A DNA stretch of 64,000 nt. Origin: Octopus sinensis (lineage: Eukaryota). The notes under the pieces were generated by a model, which saw only the letters and a program-made list of their open reading frames with translations, was not told the origin of the DNA and ran no database searches. Each line of letters starts with the position of its first letter. Within the stretch, counting starts at the first letter, position 1. Where the stretch lies: assembly GCF_006345805.1 (NCBI RefSeq), contig NC_042998.1:34906001-34970000 (forward strand), in the 5' to 3' direction. Of this stretch, positions 37,034 to 49,415 are shown one piece after another. The translations under genes were made by a program, and so were the position numbers.

Positions 37034-37448
37034 GCAGGAGTGGCTGTGTGGTAAGTAGCTTGCGTACAAACCACATGGTTCTGGGTTCAGTCCCACTGCG
37101 TGGCACCTTGGGCAAGTGTCTTCTACTATAGCCTCGGGCCAGCCAAAGCCTGGAGAGTGGATTTGGTAGACGGAAACTGAAAGAAGCCCGTCGTATATAT
37201 ATATATATATATATATATATGTTTGTGTGTGTTTGTGTGTTTGTCCCCCTAATATCGCTTGACAACCGATGCTGGTGTGTTTACGTCCCCGTAAATTAGC
37301 GGCGCTGCAAAAGAGACCGATAGAATTAAGTACTAGGCTTACGAAGAAAAAGTTCTGGGGTCGATTTGTTCGACCGAAGGCGGTGCTCCAGCATGGCCGC
37401 AGTCAAATGACTGAAACAAATAAAAGAATAAAAGAATAAAAAAAAGAA
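37031..37448 (+). mobile_element. SINE family B, full length
   Basis: gacgcaggagtggctgtgtgg head to (aaaagaat)n tail. Confidence 0.92.
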
Positions 37449-38185
37449 TTCATACAGATGTGTGTAAGCGTGTATGTGTGTGCGTGAGCGTGTGTATGTC
37501 TCTGTGGATATACATATGCAATGTGTGTATGCATAATACATATATGTGTGTGCGTGCGTATGTGGATGGAGGGATGGATGTGTATATTTACACACATGTT
37601 AATATGTATAGAAAAGAAAGAGGGAGATAAAAAGGGAGAGAGAGAGAGAGAGAGAGAGAGATGCTTTCAAAATCAATGACTACCAAGTGCACTGGAATTA
37701 ACAGGATGACCACAGGAATACGATTGAAAACAATCTCCTTCCTTCCTTTCTATCTTTCTTTTCGTTTCCCTTTTCGTTTTTCTTTCATTCTTGCCCTTGT
37801 CTTTCTTTCTTTCTCCTTTACTTTGAGAAAAAAAAATTACCTCTTAAAATATCATTAAGATTAGCCATCTGTAAAAATAGTGACCATGAAAATACAATGA
37901 AAGCCATCTCGCAGAATGAAAGAAAAAAAAAAAGATACCCATTTCTCTCCTTTTTTCTTCCTTTTCTATATTTTTCTGCTTTCTTTTTTTTTGTCTTCCT
38001 CTCTTCTTTCTTTCCTAACCTTCTTCCTGTTTTCTTGTCTTTCTTTCTCTTATTACTTCTTTCCGTTTTTCTCTTTCTTTTGTGTATCCGTCTAAAGTTT
38101 CACCACACACACACTCATGCTTGCGGAAGCATACATTCAGGCACATAGATGCCCACACATATGTATGCACGCATATATATATATG

Positions 38186-38265
<80 letters not shown>

Positions 38266-38395
38266 ATAACAAAACAAAAAACATTCTCTTCCAGATTTGT
38301 ATAAAAGGACCTCAAAAATCTTATATAAAACGCATTTCTTATGAGTCTCAACGAATGAGACGAAAGTGCTAATTAAGATTTATCAAAAATCACCC

Positions 38396-38435
<40 letters not shown>

Positions 38436-38499
38436 CACACACGCTTGCGCACCTAATTTTGTTGGGATCACTATTATTATCTGCCTTTCATTCAACCTC

Positions 38500-38800
38500 T
38501 TTTTTTTTTCCAATCATATCGCCCGGTATCGCTGAACTCTACAGTTTTTCTCTCAGATTTTTTCATATTCTCTTTTAATTTTTTTCCTCTTATTCCTTCC
38601 TGTCGAAGAGCGTAAGCTCGAAACGTAAAAGACTTTTCCATTTTTCCCGAGCGTTAAACTAATACACCTGTTTGTTGTTCCTACGCCTGTCTTCAACTTT
38701 TGTCTTTCTGTAAATTTGAAGTATATATATATATAATATATTGTTATGTCTGGGAAGAGTTATTTTAACACACTCACCGGTAAAGTTTCCACTCATATAT
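38500..38800 (+). mobile_element. Short repeat, HHR family 2
   Basis: Homologous to 7962-8110 and 34735-34900. Confidence 0.75.
38595..38633 (+). ncRNA. Minimal type-I hammerhead-like motif, family 2 (A6->U core)
   Basis: CCTTC-CTGTCGA-A-GAGC-GTAA-GCTC-GAAA-CGTA/AAAG; perfect stem II with GNRA loop; predicted cut after 38627. Confidence 0.65.
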
Positions 38801-38929
38801 TTTTCCTAAAATTTTCCTTGAGTTTTGCAATCTTTTCAATAGTCACATAAAACATCTTGCAAACAAAATTCAAACACGAAATATATATATACACGCGCAC
38901 ACACACACACAGACACACACACACACACA

Positions 38930-39012
<83 letters not shown>

Positions 39013-39044
39013 AACTCATTAGATTGTAGGCGTATCAACGCGTA

Positions 39045-39213
39045 GGGCGTGGCCAGGTACCGTAATATAGCATTCGCAGTGTGGTAAAACAACCATGAGG
39101 TATTATCATGCGTTAGTAGAATACCGTAGCTATGTAGATATGCAAGTACCAAATCCAATTTAAACCGTATATCCGACCCGGGTTTGGTTCCAGTTGCACC
39201 ATAGGTATAAAAA
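39045..39213 (+). promoter_or_regulatory. GC-box / CCAAT / TATA arrangement in unique sequence
   Basis: GGGCGTGGC 39045-53, CCAAT 39155-59, TATAAAAA 39206-13; motif match only. Confidence 0.2.
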
Positions 39214-39999
39214 GAACACAAATGGGTCTAAAATTTACGACAGGTGTTTCGTTAAATTTTATTGGTGTATACATAGATTACATCATAGCATAAACCCCCA
39301 ACCCTCAGGTAAAACTTCAAACAGATACAAATAGGCAACGTAAAACCTTGATGTTGAGCTCCCTAACAAACATGATGAATAAGCGATATTTTAAAAAGAA
39401 CATTCCAATTTATAAATAAATCAGAAATATAACGGGCATTCGAGGAGCAAAAATGTCAAAACAACATTGTTATTTCAAGCAATTATCTTAATTGGTTTAT
39501 AGTCATAAACAGCGTCCAAAACATTTCGAGGATATGTCGGTTAAGTGGGATATATAAATTATTGTTTGTCTTTATTTCGAATCTGACGAAAGTGAGCAAG
39601 TAGAACATTCAAAAGCAATGAACCTTTACTTATAAGATGACAAATGCTGAGCGGCATCGAAATATTATTATCAGTCGACGAAATTTCGTCAGCACCGGCG
39701 GTTGGCATTAACGTACCACGTGATTTCAATGTATTGCTTATCAGTGGCAGCTAGTCAACCACCCAGTGTCAGACCAAAAATCAATCAATTCCAAGCTAGA
39801 ATAATACTGCCCAAACAGCCAGTAAAGTCGCAAAGATCTGACGGGTTGTGTATCACTTATCAGTGGAAGAAGCAGCCTGAATTCCGATGCTTTTTAGCAT
39901 TTGTCCTCTACACGACATGATTTTTCTGGACGTTCACTGGAGTATTATATAAAAAGCAGAGCCAAGCTGGGTTGGAAGTGTTTTCTTTTTCTTTTTGTC

Positions 40000-40422
40000 T
40001 TTTTATTTGTTTCAGTCATGAGACTGCGGCTATGCTGGAGCACCGAATTGAATAATTTTTAGTTGAATGAATCAACCCTTGTACTTATTTTTTAAGCTTG
40101 GTACTTCATCTATAGGTCCCTTTTGCCGAACTGCTAGGTTACGGCGGACGAAATACGGCTACGCATTTCGCCCGGTGCGCTAACGCCTCTTATTTCTTTA
40201 TTGCCCACAAGGGGCTAAACATAGAGGGGACAAACAAGGACAGACAAAGGGATTAAGTCGATTAGATCCACCCCAGTGCATAACTGATACTTAATCTATC
40301 GACCCCGAAAGGATGAAAGGCAAAATCGACCTCGGCGGAATTTGAACTCAGAACGTAACGGCAGACGAAATACCGCTAAGCATTTCGCCCGGCGTGCTAA
40401 CGTTTCTGCCAGCTCACCGCCT
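40000..40422 (-). mobile_element. Composite: family-B tail fragment, family-A head fragment and full family-A (A1) SINE
   Basis: B tail 40000-40146, A head piece 40141-40187, complete A1 copy 40191-40422. Confidence 0.8.
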
Positions 40423-41221
40423 AAATACAATATATATATTGTTACAACCTGGTGGCCAAAATCCGATTTTACAGAATCAACGTGGATAGGGTGAATTCAA
40501 AACAGCACCACACCATGAATTTTTTGTAAAATATTAATAGCATAAAAACAGCTTACATACAAATATTTACACAAAAACCCCCCCCAGCAAATGCTACACC
40601 AGACGTGTATTCAAAAGTTTCTAAGGTAACATATATACACAGTTCAGAAATTCGAACTCCCTATCCCGGCTTTTTGTTTCACCAGAATTAGCCTCACACA
40701 AATTAGGTTTTTCAAAAATAGCATTCCAAAAATTTGGGATTTCGTAAAATCCGGATTTCCACTTTCGGTTTTCGAACCTCGGATTTTGACAGTGGATTTT
40801 GAACGTTGACTTCATAAAATCTAATTATCAATTCGGTGTTCAACCTTGGGTTTCGAACCTTGAATGTCGAACCTTGGACCTAAACATAGTTAAAATTTCA
40901 TGACACAAAACGGCTGCCAGACTACATCAATAATTATAGTTAAGAAAAATTAAATCGTCAAACAAAAAAATCTAGTTTGCTTTAAATTCACACAAAACTG
41001 CTTCATCCAAGCCTGCTGTGTAACCATAAGGCAAAATTTACAGTTAGTTGTCTAATACAAAAATTCGACTACATGAAAAATTAATTCATACACCCTTTAG
41101 CTCTTTATACAAATTTTAACATTATCTTAACAGAACATAGTTAGCAAAATTACTACACATCCTGCCACAAATGAAGGGTTCATAATTCACATAAATATTA
41201 TAACATAACTTAAGAGATTTT

Positions 41222-41648
41222 GGATCTTTTCGGTTTGAACGGCAGTTTTTTCTAGCGGTGTCATATGAAATTGTCACTCATAATTACGACCCTAGAATCG
41301 ATCTATTGCATTTCAATCTGTTTTAGGGTTAGGGGTAGTTAGGGTTAAGGGTGGGGGGAAGGGTATCTTTTTTTCTTCACAAATGTAAATAAACACAGCC
41401 TGTTTCTTAAACGAGGGACATATTCATACGGCACAGAATGTTTTCACCTCAATAGACGGTCATTGGTTGGTGGAAATTGCCGAAATGCAAGAAATTAAAG
41501 ACCAAATATCTTACAAACTATAGAATTTTCTCAAGAAAGCCAAGAGAAAAAGATGTTTTATAAACACATTCTACCAGTATACGAAGTTTAAATTTTTTTA
41601 TTTACCTAGAAATTATGTTAAAAACTGCCGTTCAAACCGAAAAGATCT
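41222..41648. mobile_element. MITE with GG termini and 8-bp TSD (Merlin-like), with internal TTAGGG-like repeats
   Basis: TIRs ggatcttttcggtttgaacggcagtttt / aaaactgccgttcaaaccgaaaagatct; TSD gagatttt at 41214-21 and 41649-56. Confidence 0.85.
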
Positions 41649-41780
41649 GAGATTTTTTTGTACTCACCCAGATGTGACACAGAAATTATTTTAAATTTGA
41701 CAAAAGTTCTGACGAATTCCTGGAGCATAAAATAAATCCATAAATGCCTAACACTACACAGGCAATCATAGCTTCCAGAA

Positions 41781-42028
41781 AGGCGGCCAGCTGGCAGAAA
41801 CGTTAGCACGCCGGGCAAAATGCGTAGCCGTATTTCGTATGCCGTTACGTTCTGGGTTCAAATTCCGCCGGGGTCGACTTTGCCTGTCATCCTTTTGAGG
41901 TCGATAAATTAAGTACCAGTTACGCAGTAAATTAAGTACCAGTGGTCGATGTAATCGACTTAATCTGTTTGTCTGTCCTTGCTTGTCCCCTCTATGTTTA
42001 GCCCCTTGTGGGTAATAAAGAAACAAAC
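41781..42028 (+). mobile_element. SINE family A, tail A1
   Basis: 14-bp TSD catagcttccagaa; internal duplication of taaattaagtaccagt. Confidence 0.92.
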
Positions 42029-42341
42029 CATAGCTTCCAGAATCCAAATGAACAACTTTACTTTCTTTATTTTGGCACTACGGCTACAACATAACATAGA
42101 GGGGACAGCACAAGGACAGACAAAGCACTACATTGGATTACATGAAAATACATATCGGATGAATTATGAATATAATTAAAATGAGAATGAAATGGTTTTC
42201 CTACCCACCAAAGTAGGTAGTTCCATTTTGCTGTCTTTTATAGTCTTGTATCTTTTCTTTAACACAAAATTACAACAAATGCTGCTTTATATAAAAAAAT
42301 ACAACAGCCACCATCTCGTTGCATCTATACTGAAACGGTGT

Positions 42342-42566
42342 TAAGGCGGTGAACTGGCAGAAACGTTAGCACGCTGGGCGAAATGCGTAGCTGTATTTCG
42401 CCTGCCGTTACGTTCTAAGTTCAAATTCCGCCGAGGTCGACTTTGCCTTTCATCCTTTCGGGGTCGATAAATTAAGTACCAGTTACGCACTGGGGTCGAC
42501 GTAATCCGTTTGTCTGTCCTTGTTCGTCCCCTCTGTGTTTAGCCTCTTGTGGGTAGTAAAGAAATA
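42342..42566 (+). mobile_element. SINE family A, tail A1
   Basis: 16-bp TSD tatactgaaacggtgt at 42326-41 and 42567-82. Confidence 0.92.
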
Positions 42567-43421
42567 TATACTGAAACGGTGTCATTTCAACTCTTTTTTA
42601 CCCCCCAAATAGTTCTACCAACCACTCCCCACTTTCTCTCTCCAACAGCACACCCTTCTTACTTTCTTGGTTTGCCATTTTCACTCTGATAATATTTTTC
42701 ATTTTTTGTTACTCTCTTTTCAATTTCGACGTTTTTTTCATATACTATGAGGCTTCTTAAGTTTCTCTCTGTCCGTTTCGTTCTCTGATATCCTTTACCA
42801 CTCTCTTTGTCCTTCATAAATATCTCTGTCTCTAATTCGCTGTCTCTTTCTTTCCCTTCCTTCTTTCGTACCCCCTCTTCCTTGCTAGTTGAAGGCGACG
42901 GTCCGTGCGTTCGCATTTCACTTGATCTCTCATTTGGTTTTTCCATTTCTTCTCTTTTCTTTCTTATTCTCCTCTTCTTTTGTCTTTCTCTTTTTTTTCT
43001 CATTGGGGCTTTTTGGTGGTGATTCTAAGTTCTTTTTATCTTTCCACCGCCGTAAATGGCTCCTCCGTTTTCTCTTTCTCAACAGATGTACTCTCTTCCT
43101 TCTTGAATTTCTCTTTCTGTTATTTCCTTCTCGTGTTTCTGGGGACAACAACTAAAACAAAAGATGTTTTATATGACACATTCAACCAGTGTCCGATGTT
43201 TGAAAGTGTTTAGTTACAAAAAATTATTTTTTAAATCACAGATCAAAAGGTAAAGATCCGTTACATTGACTTACCTCCTCTCCCCTGAAATTGCTGGCTT
43301 TGTGCCAAAATTTGAAATCAGTATTAACGTTTAATGTCCTTTGTGTAGAATCTTTTATAAATAAATTAATTTTGGTAACTATCATCAGCCAGATGTTTGT
43401 CAGAGAATATATTTATATAAT

Positions 43422-43653
43422 ACGGCGGCGAGCTGGCAGAACTGTTAGCACGCCGGGCGAAACGCTTGGCGTATTTCGTCTGCCGTTACGTTCTGAGTTC
43501 AAATTCCGCCGAGGTCGACTTTGCCTTTCATCCTTTCGGGGTCGATTAAATAAGTACCAGTTACGCACTGGGGTCGATATAATCGACTTAATCCGTTTGT
43601 CTATCCTTGTTTGTCCCCTCTATGTTTAGCCCCTTGTGGGCAATAAAGAAATA
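43422..43653 (+). mobile_element. SINE family A, tail A1
   Basis: 16-bp TSD aatatatttatataat at 43406-21 and 43654-69. Confidence 0.92.
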
Positions 43654-44665
43654 AATATATTTATATAATTAAGGTAAACAAATCGCTTGGATTTATGTTA
43701 AGTTCGATTCCCTGTATAATAACTTTTTAAACAGTGTCTACTGGGATTAAATGTTCCCTTAAGATTATAATTGTTTGGAAGGCAAGGCATCGGGAAAAGG
43801 AAATGAAATAACAGTTGTAGGACAAAATGAAATTGAGTTAAAGTAACAGTCGATATTCGGTTAAAGTAGGACTGAAGTGTGAAAGGTGATAGAAAAATGA
43901 ACCTTATCTTTTGGTGTGTGCAAGGAGGAAATCTACTTGTCTGAGATTTTAATAAAGAGTGTAGATGGACGAGACTAAATGATTTAAAAACATACAGTAT
44001 CGTATACTATATCGCACATTTTCACTCTTCTGACTTCTGTCTATAAATATTACTGTCCTATTGCAACCACGAAATTAATTTTCTGATATTTGAATGCTAT
44101 ACACGTTTTCGATTAATTTTAAATAGCAATTAATTGTACCCATAAAATCTTGATCTGCTTAAGGTCAAAAAGTATAAACGGTAGAAAGTTCATTACAATA
44201 ATTTCAATAGTTATAAAGCCAGTTGATCATGCATAAGACTAGCAGTCCATAGATTAAAGAGGTTTCATTGTGTCTTTAACAGCGGATATTTATTCTAATG
44301 GCATCTATTTAACGGAATCTTATGAATATTTAATAAACCTGCTCGTGTCTAATCAAAGAAAATTTTCCAACTTAGCATTCTGTCAAAAGAAACATTTTTC
44401 AAACATGACAATCATGTTAAGACAGCCACTTCGGAATCTTGAGGACACGATTCGAAATCTTGCAGTTATGAATGCTTACAGCTATATATATTACAGTTAT
44501 AAATTCTTACAGCTCAATCTTGCAGTTGCAAGTCGGGTTGATGATTAATTGCTTAACAACTGGAACGTGGGATTAGCTCTTCGACCATATGGGCTTGGAT
44601 TCAGTGGTACCCAGTTCAATTCCAATGTACGGCACATTGGGAAAGTGTCTTCTACTATAGCCTCG

Positions 44666-44822
44666 GACGTTATTTACGTTATTTACATTTGACGGATATT
44701 TGTCCTCATCTTGTTTGTTGTTAACGCAACGTTTCGGCTGATATACCTTCCAGCTTTCTTCAGGTGTCTTGGGGAAATTTCGAACATGAGTTCTCATTCC
44801 GAAGGTATTTTTCGATGTTGTT

Positions 44823-44868
<46 letters not shown>

Positions 44869-44942
44869 CAATCACTGCCTGGTATCGAACTCGGAATTTT
44901 GGGGTTAATAGCCCGCACTCTTAACCACTACGCCATATGCCC
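44666..44942 (-). mobile_element. tRNA-headed SINE-like element carrying a hammerhead ribozyme (HHR family 1)
   Basis: A box TGGCGTAGTGG (44935-44925), B box GTTCGATAC (44890-44882), (AAT)n spacer, hammerhead 44770-44721, tandem (aaataacgt) tail; no T4 terminator in the sense strand. Confidence 0.8.
44721..44770 (-). ncRNA. Minimal type-I hammerhead, family 1
   Basis: AAGACAC-CTGAAGA-A-AGCTG-GAAGGTATAT-CAGCC-GAAA-CGTT/GCGTT; one mismatch each in stems I and II. Confidence 0.7.
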
Positions 44943-44944
44943 AC

Positions 44945-44975
44945 GGGTAGTGACCTGAATAATAATAATAATAAT

Positions 44976-45006
<31 letters not shown>

Positions 45007-45111
45007 TAACAACAACAACAACAACATCGAAAAATACTTTAGGAATTAGAACCCAGTTTCGAAATTTCCCCTAAGACATCTGATGAAGGCTGGAGGGTAT
45101 ATCAGCCGAAA
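44945..45111 (+). mobile_element. Inverted, promoterless second copy of HHR family 1, ending at the ribozyme GAAA
   Basis: gtagtgacctg-(AAT)n-catcgaaaaatac...AAGACAT-CTGATGA-A-GGCTG-GAGGGTATAT-CAGCC-GAAA, after which homology stops. Confidence 0.8.
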
Positions 45112-45489
45112 GCAACTCCATTTAACTGAACAATGCAATCATTACATCAATTCTAAGCTGAAGCGAAAACCACTCGTTCTTTGTCTATCTCCTTACATTC
45201 TTGGCGGTCTTAGATAAAATATACTAATGTGTCCATCTGTTTTAATTTAATTTAATTCTATGTCTTTATGCAGCTGAGAATTGCGCTGCATTTAAACTGA
45301 TGTAATGATTGCATTGTTCAATTAAATGGCGTTGCTTGAAACGATCGTACTGCTTTACCTCTGGATATCCTTGTTGCGTATTTTGATTTTATATATTCAT
45401 ATATATAGAAATAGGCAAGCAGACAGAGAGACAGACAGAGAGATAGGTAGATCGGAAGGTAGAGAGGTAGGTAAATAGATAGACAGACA

Positions 45490-45560
<71 letters not shown>

Positions 45561-45648
45561 TGATAAATAGATAGATATCAGAAACTGATAATTCTTGAAA
45601 TACATCAAACCTGATATCGAGAATATGTAAGGAAAAGCAGGGAAATAT

Positions 45649-45783
45649 TCTTTTCTACCCTAGGCACAAGACTTGAAGTTTTTTGCGGGGTGGGGGACCA
45701 CTCGATTAGATCGACTTCAGTGCGCAACTGGTACTTAATTTATCGACCCCTAAAAGATGAAAGGCAAAGTCGACCTCGGCGGA
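45649..45783 (-). mobile_element. SINE family A, tail A2, 5'-truncated
   Basis: 16-bp TSD aaagca(g/t)ggaaatatt. Confidence 0.85.
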
Positions 45784-45822
45784 AAAGCATGGAAATATTG
45801 TTACTCGTTATGATTTTATGAG

Positions 45823-46232
45823 TTACTCTTTTACTCTTTTACTTGTTTCAGTCATTTGACTGCGGCCATGCTGGAGCACCGCCTTTAGTCGAGCAAATCG
45901 ACCCCGGGACTTATTCTTTGTAAGCCCAGTACTTATTCTATCGGTCTCTTTTACCGAACCGCTAAGTGACGGGGACGTAAACACACCAGCATCGGTTGTC
46001 AAGCAATGCTATGGGGACAAACACAGACACACAAACACACACACGCATACATACATATATATACATATATACGAAGGGCTTCTTTCAGTTTCCGTCTACC
46101 AAATCCACTCACAAGGCATTGGTCGGCCCGGGGCTATAGCAGAAGACACTTGCCCAAGTTGCCACGCAGTGGGACTGAACCGGGAACCATGTGGTTGTTT
46201 AGCAAGCTACTTACCACACAGCCACTCCTGCG
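45823..46232 (-). mobile_element. SINE family B, full length
   Basis: End-to-end match to 1961-2363. Confidence 0.92.
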
Positions 46233-46546
46233 TTGTTTAAATATTGTTGCAAAATGCCTCACACCTTCAGATATTTAATTACCAAATACCAAAGCGTGAT
46301 GTCTTCGTTGCTGCTCTATTAAATGTACAAAGTTAGACACATGTCTTTTGTGAATGGAAATATAATGTTGATCAACAAGGGAATGTTTTGTTTTGTTTTT
46401 CTCTCGCTATTTGATCAAAATTGAAGTTATGATAAATCCATTATATAGGAATTAAACTCTTCCAGCCGGTTTGAAGCCAAAAATTCGGCAATACGTGCCG
46501 GTAAGAATTCATCAATTCGGACCTTTCACATGTTCTATTTTGTACG

Positions 46547-46890
46547 TTTACTTGTTTCAATCATTAAATGGCGGTCATGCTGGAGCATTGCTTTATAGAA
46601 GCTCGTTTAAACAAATCGACTCCAGTATATTTTTTTAAGCCCGGCACTTATTCTATCGGTCTTTTGGGCCGAATTGCTGAGTTACGGGGACGTAAACAGC
46701 CCAGCATCGGTTGTCAAGCTGTGGTGGTCAACAAACTCAGACACAAAGACACACATACATATAACAGGATTCTTTCAGTTTCTGTCTACCAAAATGCACT
46801 CACAAGTCGGCCCGAAGCAATTGTAGAAGATACTTGCCCAAGGTGCTACGCAGTGGGACTGAATTCGGAAGCATGTGGTTAGGGTAAGCA
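46547..46890 (-). mobile_element. SINE family B, diverged
   Basis: Tail, body and CORE-like segment recognisable. Confidence 0.8.
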
Positions 46891-47798
46891 GTGTGCTACC
46901 AAATAATGAATCGTTTTACATCAAACTGACGTACAGTAGAGTCAGTACTTCGAAAATGGGGCGGCGATATACGAGTGAGAATGGTGAAGCAAACGTCCAG
47001 CAGTATCAAGTCGAGTTACTTGGCTCGTATGTGCCTGTTGCCAGAATAAAGAGTACACAGGGAAGCTAATATACAATATGGCAACACCAGGGGAAATCAT
47101 AGAAAGCAATATGTGTTTGTTCTTATGATGGAGCGACAACAATAAATGGTGCCAGAATATCTTAGCTATAACATATTGTATAAATTTAACACGAATTCGT
47201 CTTCCTTAGTTTATATTTATCCCTTAATGGCTTTATAAGCGATTTATTAGACATCACGTAGAAAGTTCATATGTTCGTTGTATTATGTGTAGCGGTGTTT
47301 CAAAGTCGAATCCCTGGATACGCGGTCGGATTTCACGAGCAAACCACTATAGTTCCACGGATCGCTTTAGAAACCGACCAATCAGCATGAACTGATGGTG
47401 TGGACATATTTTCTCGGACATTCTAGAATTTAATTTCCGGTTCAGCGTGCATTTTTAGTAGCGAGACGACCTAGGAAGACGGCTAAGACCGATGGCGTAG
47501 GAAGATGACAAGAACCTCTCTTACCACGAATATAACACAATTGTTGCCGTAAGCTTGCCTTAAACTCCAAGCAGTATCTCTCTTCCAGTATGTAATTATT
47601 GCTGCTGGTATCCGCAAAAGGCCAACACAATTTGTCCTTATCTGCGATAATAAAATCTTATGCTCTGCTGTTCAGTTACTTCTACACGCAACGCAAGAAA
47701 CATTTTCATTCGTCAACTCAACTAGTCACCACCGCAGACCAGCATCACAACCTACAGACCGCGACGTACGCATTAAAACCAGTTTCAGGCTCACCTTC

Positions 47799-47816
47799 TT
47801 AAACTCAGACATTATC
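47799..47816 (-). other. Candidate initiating micro-CDS MSEFKK before a consensus donor
   Basis: gataATGTCTGAGTTTAAGAAG|gtgagc within a CpG-rich unique block (47290-48050) that has a CCAAT near 47378. Confidence 0.2.
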
Positions 47817-48216
47817 AATTAGAAGTAAGTAATTAATAGAGGAGAAGCTGAAAACCATCGTGCTTGGATCACATCTGCATTTACAGACGGACGCAACAAC
47901 TTCAAAAGCTTCTTCATCTGTTAATTTTTTGTTTGTTTGTTCTTCTTTGAAACGCGTATACTTGAAAATGAACAGCGCAAAATATAACACACGATACTAA
48001 TTGAGCGTGAACGGCAGCAAAGCTAAAATGCATTGGCAAATTGAACTTCTAAGAGCTTCACAAGAATTTGCAGTTCTATCTACATTCAAAATCTGGAATC
48101 TCATGGGGACTACATGTATAAATTTTCACAGACAACATTGTAAACAGCATGAAAATTATCATTTTGACTGAAGTATAAAAACAGGTAAGAGAACGAACTC
48201 TTCCCGTGATGGATTC

Positions 48217-48290
<74 letters not shown>

Positions 48291-48444
48291 TGTGTGTGTG
48301 TGCGTTTATGATTTGTGCTCGTATATTTCAAATTCTAACCATTTTGACTGATGAAATGACGAAAACATTCACACGTTAAAAAAGATAGAGGCAGAAATAC
48401 AGCTAGGCAAAGATAAAGATAAATGGGTTGATAAATAAATATTC

Positions 48445-48464
48445 AGATAGACAGACAGACAAAC

Positions 48465-48534
<70 letters not shown>

Positions 48535-48535
48535 T

Positions 48536-48579
<44 letters not shown>

Positions 48580-48583
48580 AAGT

Positions 48584-48659
<76 letters not shown>

Positions 48660-48660
48660 C

Positions 48661-48711
<51 letters not shown>

Positions 48712-48712
48712 G
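48445..48712. repeat. (GATA)n microsatellite
   Basis: Direct reading. Confidence 0.95.
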
Positions 48713-48934
48713 AGTTGGAATCAAATACTTTGATACCTGATAGGCAGTTAGACGGACAAATATCGGTGCATCAGATACCATACAAAATAGATTTTTGAGT
48801 TCTTGAGACTATCTCCACTTCGGGAGACAGCAAACAAAAGTCTAGTCTCAATTGCAGCAGCCTCCGAATGTAAAGGGGAAAATCTCCTAGAATTGGAGTT
48901 TGTGTGTTTGTACGTATGAATATATGCATACGTG

Positions 48935-48967
<33 letters not shown>

Positions 48968-49099
48968 TATATTATATATATTATATATATATATATATAT
49001 ACATACATATATACATACACAAAGTACACAGTTATATCTTGAGATAGCTAGTAATAACAATACTCAAAATATAATACAGACTCTGCTCAAATAAGAAGT

Positions 49100-49156
<57 letters not shown>

Positions 49157-49173
49157 GTATGTATGTATATATA

Positions 49174-49217
<44 letters not shown>

Positions 49218-49218
49218 T

Positions 49219-49252
<34 letters not shown>

Positions 49253-49253
<1 letters not shown>

Positions 49254-49415
49254 TCTGAGTTCAAATTCGGCCGAGGTCGACTTTGCCTTTCATCCTTTCG
49301 GGGTCGATTAAATAAGTACCAGTTATGCACTGGGGTCAATGTAATCGACTTAATCTGTTTGTCTGTCCTTGTTTGTCCCCTCTGTGTTTAGCCCCTTGTG
49401 GGTAGTAAAGAAATA
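49253..49415 (+). mobile_element. SINE family A, tail A1, 5'-truncated, in a (TA)n tract
   Basis: Begins at ttctgagttcaaatt and ends gtaaagaaata. Confidence 0.88.

Noticed and set aside
44270-44548. 92-aa ORF after an acceptor-like site
   Set aside because: No domain, no donor, composition like background; a few such ORFs are expected by chance in 64 kb.
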